Below are positions 1 to 8,800 of a stretch of DNA of 23,230 bases, piece by piece. Origin of the DNA: Bdellovibrionia bacterium (GTDB taxonomy: Bacteria > Bdellovibrionota > UBA1018). Each line of letters opens with the position of its first letter. Within the stretch, counting starts at the first letter, position 1. Where the stretch lies: NCBI GenBank assembly GCA_045805065.1, contig JBJMMA010000035.1, positions 1 to 23,230 on the forward strand. Reading direction: 5' to 3'. The position numbers were made by a program, and so were the translations under genes. Under the pieces are notes generated by a model. The model was not told where the DNA came from. It saw only the letters and a program-made list of their open reading frames with translations, and searched no databases.

Positions 1-28
1 GGGTCCGACGGGTCCGACGGGTCCGACG
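1..28. repeat. 9-bp tandem repeat (GGGTCCGAC)x3, truncated by the window edge
   Basis: gggtccgac gggtccgac gggtccgac g read directly at 1-28. Confidence 0.85.
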
Positions 29-79
29 TCGGCTCCAGCGCCTAGCGCCACTGTTCTATCTAACACACCCACATCTTAA
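2..79 (+). CDS. Possible 3' end of an upstream gene with collagen-like Gly-Pro-Thr repeats (partial)
   Basis: Frame starting at base 2 reads GPTGPTGPTSAPAPSATVLSNTPTS then TAA at 77-79. The other + frames are also open for a short distance, so the frame is not certain. Confidence 0.35.
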   Translation, partial: GPTGPTGPTSAPAPSATVLSNTPTS

Positions 80-99
80 GTTTGGACCAAGAATTGCTT

Positions 100-143
100 C
101 CCGGTCCTGCCTCCCCAGAAGTTTGAGTGGGGCAGGATCCGGG
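100..143. other. GC-rich imperfect hairpin just upstream of the dioxygenase-like gene
   Basis: ccggtcctgcc (101-111) pairs with ggcaggatccgg (131-142) with one bulge; no U-tract follows; it abuts the G-rich RBS region. Confidence 0.4.
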
Positions 144-149
144 GGCTGA

Positions 150-1094
150 ATGAAAGCTGAAGAACTATCTCGTCGTGACTTGATGAAGTGGGGAGGGGCT
201 GCAGTCGCAAGCATCTCTCTGGGAACGTTGGAATCCATCATCAGCGGCTGCAAAGGCGCGTCCCTTATTCAGCCGGATTCAAGACAGCAAGGCGCAGCGC
301 CGGATGCGTGCCTTCAGGCAACGAACACGACGCGCGGTCCTTACTTTGTCGATAATGCGCTCGATCCCAACATCGATAACGATGTCGTTGACCCTAGTAT
401 TCCTGAGCGATCCGACGTCACGACAGATACGGAAGGCAACGCTGGAAAACAAGCGGGGCTTCCACTGACCCTGAAGCTGACGATCGCATCCTATAATGGT
501 GGTGCATGTGCGCCACTGCCTCAGGCACGCGTGGATATTTGGCATTGCAACGCTCAAGGCGTTTACTCGGACGTTCAAGTCGGAGCGCCTCCGCCGGGTG
601 GCGCGCCAGGGACTCCGCCACCGGGAAGTCCCGCGACAAGTCCAGGCATGGGAGGTCCTCCTCCTGGAGCGCCGCTGCCGGGCGGAACCTTTGATGGATC
701 GCCCACTGCTGCATCCACACAAGGTCAGAACTTTCTGCGTGGCTATCAGAGAACAGATGCCAGTGGTCAGGTCACATTCCAGACGATTTATCCAGGCTGG
801 TACATGGGAAGAGCCGTGCATTTTCACATCAAGATCCGACTTTATGATGCTTCAGGCAATGTGACGACTGAGGCCACTACACAGCTTTTCTTTAATGATA
901 CGACTTCTGACGCGGTCTATGCAGGGAATGCTGCATACTCTCGCACTGGAACGCGTGATACTCGCAACAGCAACGATTCGATCTTCGAGAGCGAGACGCC
1001 GGCACTCTTGGTCAACCTCACGGGATCCGCAACGACTGGATACACGGGTACAGCAACGCTTGGAATCCAGACGGGTCAGATCTTCGGCGGGTGA
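150..1094 (+). CDS. Intradiol ring-cleavage dioxygenase-like protein (protocatechuate 3,4-dioxygenase beta-like), predicted Tat-exported lipoprotein
   Basis: Tat motif SRRDLMK, hydrophobic stretch and ISGC lipobox-like site. Family motifs GPYF, VDIWHCNAQGVYS, FLRGYQRTDASG, TIYPGWYMGRAVHFHIKI (Tyr/Tyr/His/His iron ligands plus Arg) and TTQLFF. Confidence 0.88.
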   Translation: MKAEELSRRDLMKWGGAAVASISLGTLESIISGCKGASLIQPDSRQQGAAPDACLQATNTTRGPYFVDNALDPNIDNDVVDPSIPERSDVTTDTEGNAGKQAGLPLTLKLTIASYNGGACAPLPQARVDIWHCNAQGVYSDVQVGAPPPGGAPGTPPPGSPATSPGMGGPPPGAPLPGGTFDGSPTAASTQGQNFLRGYQRTDASGQVTFQTIYPGWYMGRAVHFHIKIRLYDASGNVTTEATTQLFFNDTTSDAVYAGNAAYSRTGTRDTRNSNDSIFESETPALLVNLTGSATTGYTGTATLGIQTGQIFGG

Positions 1095-1103
1095 GAGCAA
1101 CTC

Positions 1104-4100
1104 TTACCAGCCGCGGAAGAAAAACGGCGGAGCGAGTGCCGAGACAGTAAAGGCATTGGAGCACGCAGTGGTGAGTCCACCCGAGCTTGCCTTGAAGTAG
1201 TAGCTTGGGATTGAGCCCGTGTTGGCGAGCGAGTACTTGATACCTGTGAATGTCGAGAGTCCGCTGGATGGCGTCGCCGATCCGTTGGTGAGCGTTCCGC
1301 CTGCGACGGGCGTGGCGCAGGTATTGTCGCTGTACACATCTACTGCGATGGCAGTGGCGTATGTGGTGTCGGTGCTTCCTTCGGCGTCTTGTGCAGCAAC
1401 TTTTGGAACGGTGGCAAAGACGCTGTTTACGTAGTTGCTCGTTGAAGGATGTACAGTGAAAGCAAGTTGGCTTGCTGGACCAGGTGACAACGTGATTGAA
1501 GTCGAGCAAACGCTCGTGAGCGATCCGGATGTTGCTTTCAAGTAAATCGGATTTCCGCTGTTGCGCTTGTTGAGCGATACGGCGGTAAAGGCAGCTTCTC
1601 CGTATGCGATTGTTTTAGGAGAGTCGGCAACCGTTGCGCCCGTCAGTGAAGTCGCGCAAGTATTATCCGTATAAGCTGCGAGCGTGACCGAGGTAGAGCC
1701 AGTATAATTGACGTCAGGCCAATTGTTGTGGGTGCTGCTCACCGGCATGACATCAGGTTGCTGTGCGAGAGCAACACCAACTCGTCCTGTAGGAGCGGGT
1801 TGAGTGTAGAAAAGTAATTTGTCAGCAGGGTAGAGGCCTGCGATTGTTCCCTGCGATCCTGTCGCATAGCCAGTGCCTCCAGCGACAGAGTAAGCTCCTG
1901 TAAATGAGTTGGTAGTAAAATAGAGTGCGATTCTTCCGCCGCCACCACCACCGCCTCTTCCAGTGGCTACCGCCGCATCGCCGCCTTTTGCTTGAATGTT
2001 GCCGGTGCCGGCCAAGACTCCGGTCTGTACCCAAATGCTTCCTCCGGAGCCGCCGCCACCGCTGTAAGTAGTGCCTGAGCCGTATACGGAGGAGATGCCT
2101 CCATTTGCGCTGAGCGTGCCGTTGACGGTGAGGCTGCTGCTGATAACCAGCTTGATTGCGCCGCCTCCACTTCCGCCCTTGGCTGGGAAAGAGCTATTTG
2201 TGTTCCCGCCTCCTGAACCTAAACTCACTGGCTGAGTGGGGGACCCGTACGCGGGTCCACCTGCAGCAACGTTGCTGCTTCCATTTGCGCCAGTGCCGCC
2301 ATATCCACCGCCGCCGCCTCCGTTCGTTGAGCCCGCTGCTCCTTTCCCAGTTCCTGTGTCTGATGCGGATCCCATCGCGTCAGCAGTAAAATAAGAGGCG
2401 CTATCAATGGTCAGGTTGCTTGCAGCTAACGTGGCGGACGTTCCGGTTGCTAGTGATGGAAATCCATAATGACAGCCGTTAGTCACGGAGACATCGTGAA
2501 TCGCCGCTGCATAACCAGGAAGTGCGTCTGCAGGATTAAAGTAAGTCGTGATTGGGAATGGGCAACTTAAATCACCCGTCGCTGAGTTTTGATAAAAGAG
2601 GGATCCATTGCTTGAGCCTGTGAGCACAACGCTGCCCGAGAAGGTACTGCTGCTCGAATAATAAAGTGCAATGTATCCACCGAGTGAGCTTGTAGCCATA
2701 GCAGAGATTGTCCCTGATCCGGCAAGTGATGAAGTCTGCAGCCAAATACTTCCCGCATTTTTTCCAGCCACAGTACCGTTAGCGCTGAGGGTCCCGTCAA
2801 CCGTTGTCGTGCCAGAAACGATGAGCTTGATCGCGCCACCTCCACCACCGCTGGCTCCTTGAAGGGTAGGTTGTGTAGTGGAGGCTGTTCCTGTGCCTGC
2901 GCCAATTCCATTGGCGTTCATAGAAGATCCTGAAGCAATAGTCAGATTGCCTGTGATGCTCATCGTGCCGTTCTGAACGACGTAACTACATCCATTGGAA
3001 ATACTCACGTCATGGATAGTTGTAGCTGGAGGACTGCTTGGATCGTAATAAGTTGTTATGGCCGAATTGCAGACGACGTCGCCTGTACCCGAGTTCTGCA
3101 CAAAATAGGTTCCGTTTGAACCTGTCGCACCGCCTGCGCCGCCGGTAATAGTTGTGGTTCCCGTAAAAGTTAAAGCGGTACCGTAATAGATCGCAATTCT
3201 GCCGCCACCGCCACCACCGCCTCGTCCAGCGGCTACTGCCGCATCGCCGCCTTTGACTGAGATCGTGCCCGTCCCAGCAAGTGTTCCCACTTGCAGCCAA
3301 ATGCTTCCTCCAGAACCGCCACCACCGCTATAGGTTGAAGTCACGCTGCTGGTGCCACCAGTGGCGCTCAGAGTTCCGTTCACAGTCAGCGTGCCGCTGA
3401 CCGCAAGCTTAATTGCTCCGCCTCCGCTCCCGCCTGTGGAGATACTGCTATTTGCTTCTCCGCCATACGAACCCAGACTGACGGGTTGAGTGGCTGAGCC
3501 ATAGGTGATTCCGCCAGTGCCGCCCCCGGTCCCTGATCCCTTGGCACCTGCGCCTCCGTATCCAGCACCACCTCCACCCCATCCTGAACTACCAGATCCC
3601 CCGGCGCCACTGCCGGCAGTGCCGTAGGCTCCTCCCTTGGAGTCAGCGGAAAAGTAAGAGGTGCTATCAATCGTCATATCGCCCAGGGCGGTAAGCGTGG
3701 CGGAGGTTCCAGTTGCCTGATTTTTAAATCCGTAGCGACAACCGTTAGTGATCAAGACATTATTAATTGCTGCTGCGTATCCGGGCAGGGAGTCTGCAGG
3801 ATTGAAGTATGTCGTGATCGAAAATGGGCAGCTAAGATCGCCCGTTGTGGAATTTTGATAAAAGAAAGATCCATAAAGGGAACTCGGAGAGCCTGCAACG
3901 TTGATGGTTCCTGAGAAGCTGCTGCTGGTGGAGTAGTAAATGGCGATATATCCACCCAAAGCGGTTGCTCCTGCGACGGTAGCAGAGATGGTTCCAGCTC
4001 CGGCAAGAGTTGCGGTCTGGAGCCAGATGCTTCCGGCGTATTTTCCAGCAACAGTCCCATTGGCGCTCAATGTGCCATCAATAGTGGTTGTCCCAGCAAC

Positions 4101-5738
4101 AATGAGCTTGATCGCTCCTCCGCCTCCGCCTGCGGCACCTTGATAAGTCGGCTGAGTGGTAGAAGCGGTTCCGGCTCCAGTTCCGAGGCCATTTGCATGA
4201 ATGGAAGAGCCAGATCCAATCGTCACATCACCCACAGCGGTGAGAGTGCTGTTTACGATCGCAAAACTGCAGCCGCCAGAAACGCTGAGGTTGTTAATAG
4301 GCGTAGAGGGAGGGCTTGCAGATTCGTAAGCCATATTGATTGCTGATGAGCAAGTAACATCTCCAGATGTTGAGTTCTGGAGAAAGTAAGTGCCTGCTCC
4401 TCCGGTACTGGAGGCGTATCCACTTCCTCCCGCAGCTGAGACAGTCCCTGTAAAGCTATTGGCAGAGCTATAATAAATGGCAATTCTTCCGCCACCGCCC
4501 CCACCGCCTTGGGTAGAGGTTGAAGGTGCGGTGCCGCCCTTTGCTGTAATGCTTCCGGTACCCGCCAGTGTTCCAACTTGCAGCCAGAGGCTTCCACCGG
4601 CGCCGCCCCCACCGCTCGCGCTGGAGGTTATTGTTGTGTCGTTCCCGTTAGCACTCAGGGCTCCATTGACCGTTAATGTTCCACTGACAATCAGCTTGAT
4701 CGCTCCACCTCCGGCGCCACCTGCAGATCCAGAAGAGGTCGCCGATCCGCCGCCTGAGCCAAGCAGAGTCGGTTGAAGGCCAGAGTCGTATGTAGTGGTG
4801 CCTCCGGCGGTAGCATTGTAACCGTTAGTACCGACACCTCCATGGGCACCGCCACCTCCGGAATAAAGGTAGTTGGCTCCAGCTCCAGGTCCGGAAGCTG
4901 CTGGATAGCCTCTCCCATCAGCCGAAAAATAGGACCCGCTGTTGATCGTCATGGTAGGAACCGTCAGCGATGCTGAGGCTCCTGTAGCCTGATATTTGAA
5001 TCCATAGCGACAGCCATTCGTCACTGTCAGGCTAGCGATGGCAGCTGCATAACCCGGAAGTGCATCATTTGGATCAAACATGACAGTCGTGTTGAAAGGA
5101 CAGCTCAGGTCGCCGGTCGTGGAGTTTTCGTAAAAAAGATAAGCGGTTGAAATGGTTCCACTGAACGTGCTGCCACTCGAATAATAAATGGCGATGTAAC
5201 CACCCGCCGAAAAGGTAGCCACCGTGGACATCGTTCCTGCGCCTGCCAGGGTAGCAGTCTGAAGCCAGATACTTCCACCTGCAGCACCAAAGGCCGCGCC
5301 ATTAGCGCTCAATGTTCCCGCCACTGTTGTCGTGCCGGCCACGATGAGTTTGATCGCTCCGCCCCCGCCGCTTGGCTGATAAGTAGGTTGAGTGGTCGAT
5401 GCTGTTCCAGTTCCGTTACCTAGCGTGTCGGACTTGAACGTTGTGCCTGTATTTATGGTGAGGTCTCCAGCGATAGTGATCGTAAGGCCTGTTCCCGTTA
5501 CGATGCCTGTGGATTGAATGGTCAAGCTGTTGAAACTGTATGCGCCAGCGCCAAGAGTGAGAATCGCACCTGAGACGACCACGTCGGCGCCTGAGTTTGC
5601 GCCCGCGGCCCAAGTCGTATTGCTGCTGACAGTAACGGTTGCTGCGGACGCAGAGGAGGGGAGGACCGCTCCTGCGAGCGCCAAGCAGAGACTACTGAAA
5701 ACCCAGATGGGTTTTAAATGCGTCGTAAAACGAGTCAA
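1104..5738 (-). CDS. Large secreted glycine-rich repeat surface protein / putative adhesin (1544 aa) with two C-terminal Ig-like domains
   Basis: TTG start with GAGGGG RBS 5 nt upstream; Sec signal ending ASA-A; six repeats of GGAIKL...LSA(N/T)G...GS(I/L)W(L/V)Q...IA(I/L)Y(Y/F); two C-terminal units starting ADKLLFYTQP and ASQLAFTVHP. Confidence 0.9.
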   Translation of the reverse strand: MTRFTTHLKPIWVFSSLCLALAGAVLPSSASAATVTVSSNTTWAAGANSGADVVVSGAILTLGAGAYSFNSLTIQSTGIVTGTGLTITIAGDLTINTGTTFKSDTLGNGTGTASTTQPTYQPSGGGGAIKLIVAGTTTVAGTLSANGAAFGAAGGSIWLQTATLAGAGTMSTVATFSAGGYIAIYYSSGSTFSGTISTAYLFYENSTTGDLSCPFNTTVMFDPNDALPGYAAAIASLTVTNGCRYGFKYQATGASASLTVPTMTINSGSYFSADGRGYPAASGPGAGANYLYSGGGGAHGGVGTNGYNATAGGTTTYDSGLQPTLLGSGGGSATSSGSAGGAGGGAIKLIVSGTLTVNGALSANGNDTTITSSASGGGGAGGSLWLQVGTLAGTGSITAKGGTAPSTSTQGGGGGGGRIAIYYSSANSFTGTVSAAGGSGYASSTGGAGTYFLQNSTSGDVTCSSAINMAYESASPPSTPINNLSVSGGCSFAIVNSTLTAVGDVTIGSGSSIHANGLGTGAGTASTTQPTYQGAAGGGGGAIKLIVAGTTTIDGTLSANGTVAGKYAGSIWLQTATLAGAGTISATVAGATALGGYIAIYYSTSSSFSGTINVAGSPSSLYGSFFYQNSTTGDLSCPFSITTYFNPADSLPGYAAAINNVLITNGCRYGFKNQATGTSATLTALGDMTIDSTSYFSADSKGGAYGTAGSGAGGSGSSGWGGGGAGYGGAGAKGSGTGGGTGGITYGSATQPVSLGSYGGEANSSISTGGSGGGAIKLAVSGTLTVNGTLSATGGTSSVTSTYSGGGGSGGSIWLQVGTLAGTGTISVKGGDAAVAAGRGGGGGGGRIAIYYGTALTFTGTTTITGGAGGATGSNGTYFVQNSGTGDVVCNSAITTYYDPSSPPATTIHDVSISNGCSYVVQNGTMSITGNLTIASGSSMNANGIGAGTGTASTTQPTLQGASGGGGGAIKLIVSGTTTVDGTLSANGTVAGKNAGSIWLQTSSLAGSGTISAMATSSLGGYIALYYSSSSTFSGSVVLTGSSNGSLFYQNSATGDLSCPFPITTYFNPADALPGYAAAIHDVSVTNGCHYGFPSLATGTSATLAASNLTIDSASYFTADAMGSASDTGTGKGAAGSTNGGGGGGYGGTGANGSSNVAAGGPAYGSPTQPVSLGSGGGNTNSSFPAKGGSGGGAIKLVISSSLTVNGTLSANGGISSVYGSGTTYSGGGGSGGSIWVQTGVLAGTGNIQAKGGDAAVATGRGGGGGGGRIALYFTTNSFTGAYSVAGGTGYATGSQGTIAGLYPADKLLFYTQPAPTGRVGVALAQQPDVMPVSSTHNNWPDVNYTGSTSVTLAAYTDNTCATSLTGATVADSPKTIAYGEAAFTAVSLNKRNSGNPIYLKATSGSLTSVCSTSITLSPGPASQLAFTVHPSTSNYVNSVFATVPKVAAQDAEGSTDTTYATAIAVDVYSDNTCATPVAGGTLTNGSATPSSGLSTFTGIKYSLANTGSIPSYYFKASSGGLTTACSNAFTVSALAPPFFFRGW
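1850..5460 (-). repeat. Intragenic tandem triplication of a ~420-aa (~1.25 kb) super-repeat, each made of two sub-repeats
   Basis: GTASTTQPT(Y/L)Q recurs near 5375-5415, 4141-4185 and 2860-2900; GDLSCPF and NGC(R/H)YGF each occur three times. Boundaries are approximate. Confidence 0.85.
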
Positions 5739-5773
5739 GACGTCCCCTCAAGTATTTTAGACTACTCCCTTAA

Positions 5774-5800
5774 TTATCGTCTCTCAGACGAAGAATTTTA
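5774..5800 (-). promoter_or_regulatory. Sigma-28 (FliA)-like promoter of the glycine-rich surface protein gene
   Basis: Minus strand TAAA-N15-GACGATAA, one mismatch to consensus TAAA-N15-GCCGATAA, ending 35 nt before the TTG start. Confidence 0.72.
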
Positions 5801-5815
5801 AGGAAATATGAGGGT

Positions 5816-5846
5816 AAATAGGCGAACCATTACGTGTGGTTGCGCC
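5816..5846 (-). terminator. Possible intrinsic terminator after the TPR gene
   Basis: Minus strand GGCG(C)AACCA-cacgtaa-TGGTTCGCC followed by TATTT, ~35 nt after the stop at 5882; the U-tract is weak. Confidence 0.45.
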
Positions 5847-5881
5847 TGGCTTCATATTGACTTAACAAAGCTTATGTAAAG

Positions 5882-8800
5882 CTATTTATGACTTGCGGGC
5901 TTGCGATCCGCTGGCTGAGCCTTTGCGCCAGACGCAACAGCTTTGGAAGCTGGAGCGTTTGCCGGAGCATTGGCTGGAGCAGGCGGAGCCGGTGGAATGA
6001 AGGCTGCGTAAATCGCCTTGGCTCTCGCGGCAGCGTACGAGTCTTCGTAGTACTTGGCAAGAGTGAGCGCGACGACTGGCTCAAGCTTGGCGTCGACAAT
6101 CTTGCGAGTCTCTTCGAGCTCAACGAGTGCTTCGCCACGCGCGCCTGCCGATGCCATGGAGACAGCGCGGATCAGGCCCATTTCAGAATCCGTAAAAAGC
6201 TTCCGGTCTTTTGCTTCCTGGAGGAAGAATGCGACCTGCACCCAGTTACGGTTTTTGAGAGACTGCGTCCAAGCCGTGAGAATCATTTGAGCTGCGCTAT
6301 CGTCTGCGGGTTTTCTTCCTGCGGCTTTTTCCTTCGCAGCCCAAGCATCATAAGAAGCCTCATGAGCCTGGTGAATGTAAGGCAGATAATCCATTCCAAG
6401 GCCGATGACTTTGAGACCCTTAGGAATCACGATGCCCGCATGGGATTCTTCAGCCAGGGACTTGAGCTTCTTGGCTTGAGATGGATTCTCAGCAAAGAAT
6501 GGCTCGGTGATTGCGTTGAAGGCGTCGCCTTCGATCGCAAAGCGTGAGGCCATATCAAATGCCTTGGTGCGAATGTCGTTGGCTTTCTCTTCGAATGGAA
6601 GCGTGAGCTTGCGGATCGTGTCCTGATAAGCAGTCACTTCAGCATCGCTCAAGCCCTTTGGAGCCGGGAGATCGCCGAGACCCTTGGCAAGATCCTGATA
6701 CACGGATGCCAATTGATTGAGCGTCTCTGCGCGGACGCGAGCCCATGGAAGATCCATGATCTTGGCGACTGCGTTTTCAAGTTCGCGGATCGAGTCCACA
6801 CGATGCGTGATGTATTTCTCGTTTGCTCTCAGTGGAGCCACGTCTTTCATCGCAGCGCGATTGAGTGCGAATGCATTTGGAATGCTGGTGTTGATGTAAG
6901 GCAGAACAAAGAACTTCGCCAATGCATCGAGATCTTTCCAGCCGGCACCCACTGCTCTGAGAAGGTGGTTTCGATCGCGGAAGGCGAGATGCTTTGCACC
7001 TTGAAGAGTGTAGATTGCCCAAAGCGCTTTTGCTTCGCCCGAATCCATCTTGTGAACGCGGTTGAAGGTTGCAATCGTCTTGTCCTCATCTGGAGGATTG
7101 GTAGCGCTTTGCTGAATCGCGTTGATCGCATGATATTTCTCACACTCATCCGAGAGCTTATCCGTGCAGATGGACTTGGCCTGAAGAAGAGACTTCAATG
7201 CCGCGCCATCAGCGGAGAGCCAGGAGAGGGCAAGGGTTTTCTTTCTCAGGTCATCGACTTTCGATGCGTCAGGCTTTTGCTTGGCGTCTTTGAGCGCGCC
7301 GCTCTGATAGAGGTTGATGTAAGCCGTATAGTCGGTGACTGCGCCTCCGAACTCAAACTTCTCTTCTTGCAAGCTAGCACGAGCCAAGAGAGCGTTCGAG
7401 ACACGGGTCGGGTCCTTGTCTGATTGAATGAGCTGAGTGAAGTAGCCCATCGCGCGAGGCTTCTCGTTATTTGCCAAGGCTGCAGAACCCGCAAGGCTCA
7501 AGCAGTCTGGGATACGAGCACTATCCTTATAGTCCTTGATGAATTCATCGGCTTGCTCAAGCGCATCTTTGTAAAGCTTGGCTTGGTATTTGAGCTCGAT
7601 CTTCTTGTAAAGAGCATCGGCTGCGACTTCATAGAGACGCTTTCCGAACTCGCCCTTCTTCCAGGTATCCAGTCTGTGGAAGGCGGTGGCGCGCTCATAA
7701 GTCGCGTCCCAATCGCTTCCGGTAATGAATGTGTCGAGCACAAGGCTTGCGGATGGAATCCCGTAAGTGGAGTGAGGGCGCTTCTTGGCAAACTCCTCGA
7801 GTCTTTCAACTGCGTGGCGTTGGTCGCCCGAGACGTAAATGGCGCGGTTGGCTTCGAAGTTGAAGTTATCCCACGTCTTGTATTGCTCGCTCTCAGCTTC
7901 GCCCTTTTTGAGCTTCTTATGTTCAGAGGCAAGCTGATCTCCCAATTGGTCGATCCACTCAATCCAGGTCGTCAGCACAGGATCAAGCTGTCCGTGCTTG
8001 GAGTTATCCTTGGACAAGGCAACCGCTTTGACTTCGGTTGGGATCATCTTCTTTTGGCGTAATACTTCGTAACGCGCGGCGATTGCTTTGATGTGAGAGT
8101 CCGCTACGCCTTTGGCAACCGTTTTGTTGATCGATTTCCAATGATCGACAATCCACCGATAGTGGGTGGTGGCGCCTTCAAAGTTTTCGATCGTAAAGAG
8201 AGTTTCGGCCAAGTTGTAGTGGACTTGCGGAATGCGTGGATCGCTCTCGACAACCACTTGCGTGAAAGTGTCGTAAAGGGAAGCAAGCGTCAAGCTGAGC
8301 TCGCGCGCTTTCTCGGTCTGCTTGTTCTTGACGATCACAGCTTGAAGGTTTTCAGCGGTATCGAGGATCATCTTCTGAGCCTTTGGCAATTGCTCATGCT
8401 TCAGGAGAGCTTCGCGGCCGACCTTCTTATAAAGAGTGAGAAGATCCTTCGCGGTATCGACGAGCGCGGTGAAATTGCGTTGGTTCTGAAGATATTCGTA
8501 AGTGATGATGATCAAGTCGAGCGATTCTGGACGGGTCGCCTCTTCGTTCAGGAACTGGTTCTTCCAGGCGACGAGCTCCTTCTCCATGTTTCTGGAGCGA
8601 ATCAGCTTTGCAAAACGATAGGACATTTTGCCAAGAAGCGGACCCTTCTCGATCTTGCGGAAGTAATCCAGTGCTGCGCTGGCTTTGTAGCGATCATCCT
8701 TTTCTTCAACGCCTTGAAAATAGAAAAGCGGGATATCGAGCAAAGTGTTTTCTTTGAGTGCAAAGTCAGAGTTTGCGAGATTGTCGCTGACCTTCTCTTT

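Noticed and set aside
1..28. CRISPR-like repeat
   Set aside because: Unit is 9 bp with no spacers and no cas genes.
1104..5738. PE_PGRS protein or autotransporter
   Set aside because: No PE domain and no C-terminal beta-barrel; the Gly tracts are interleaved with regular beta-strand motifs.
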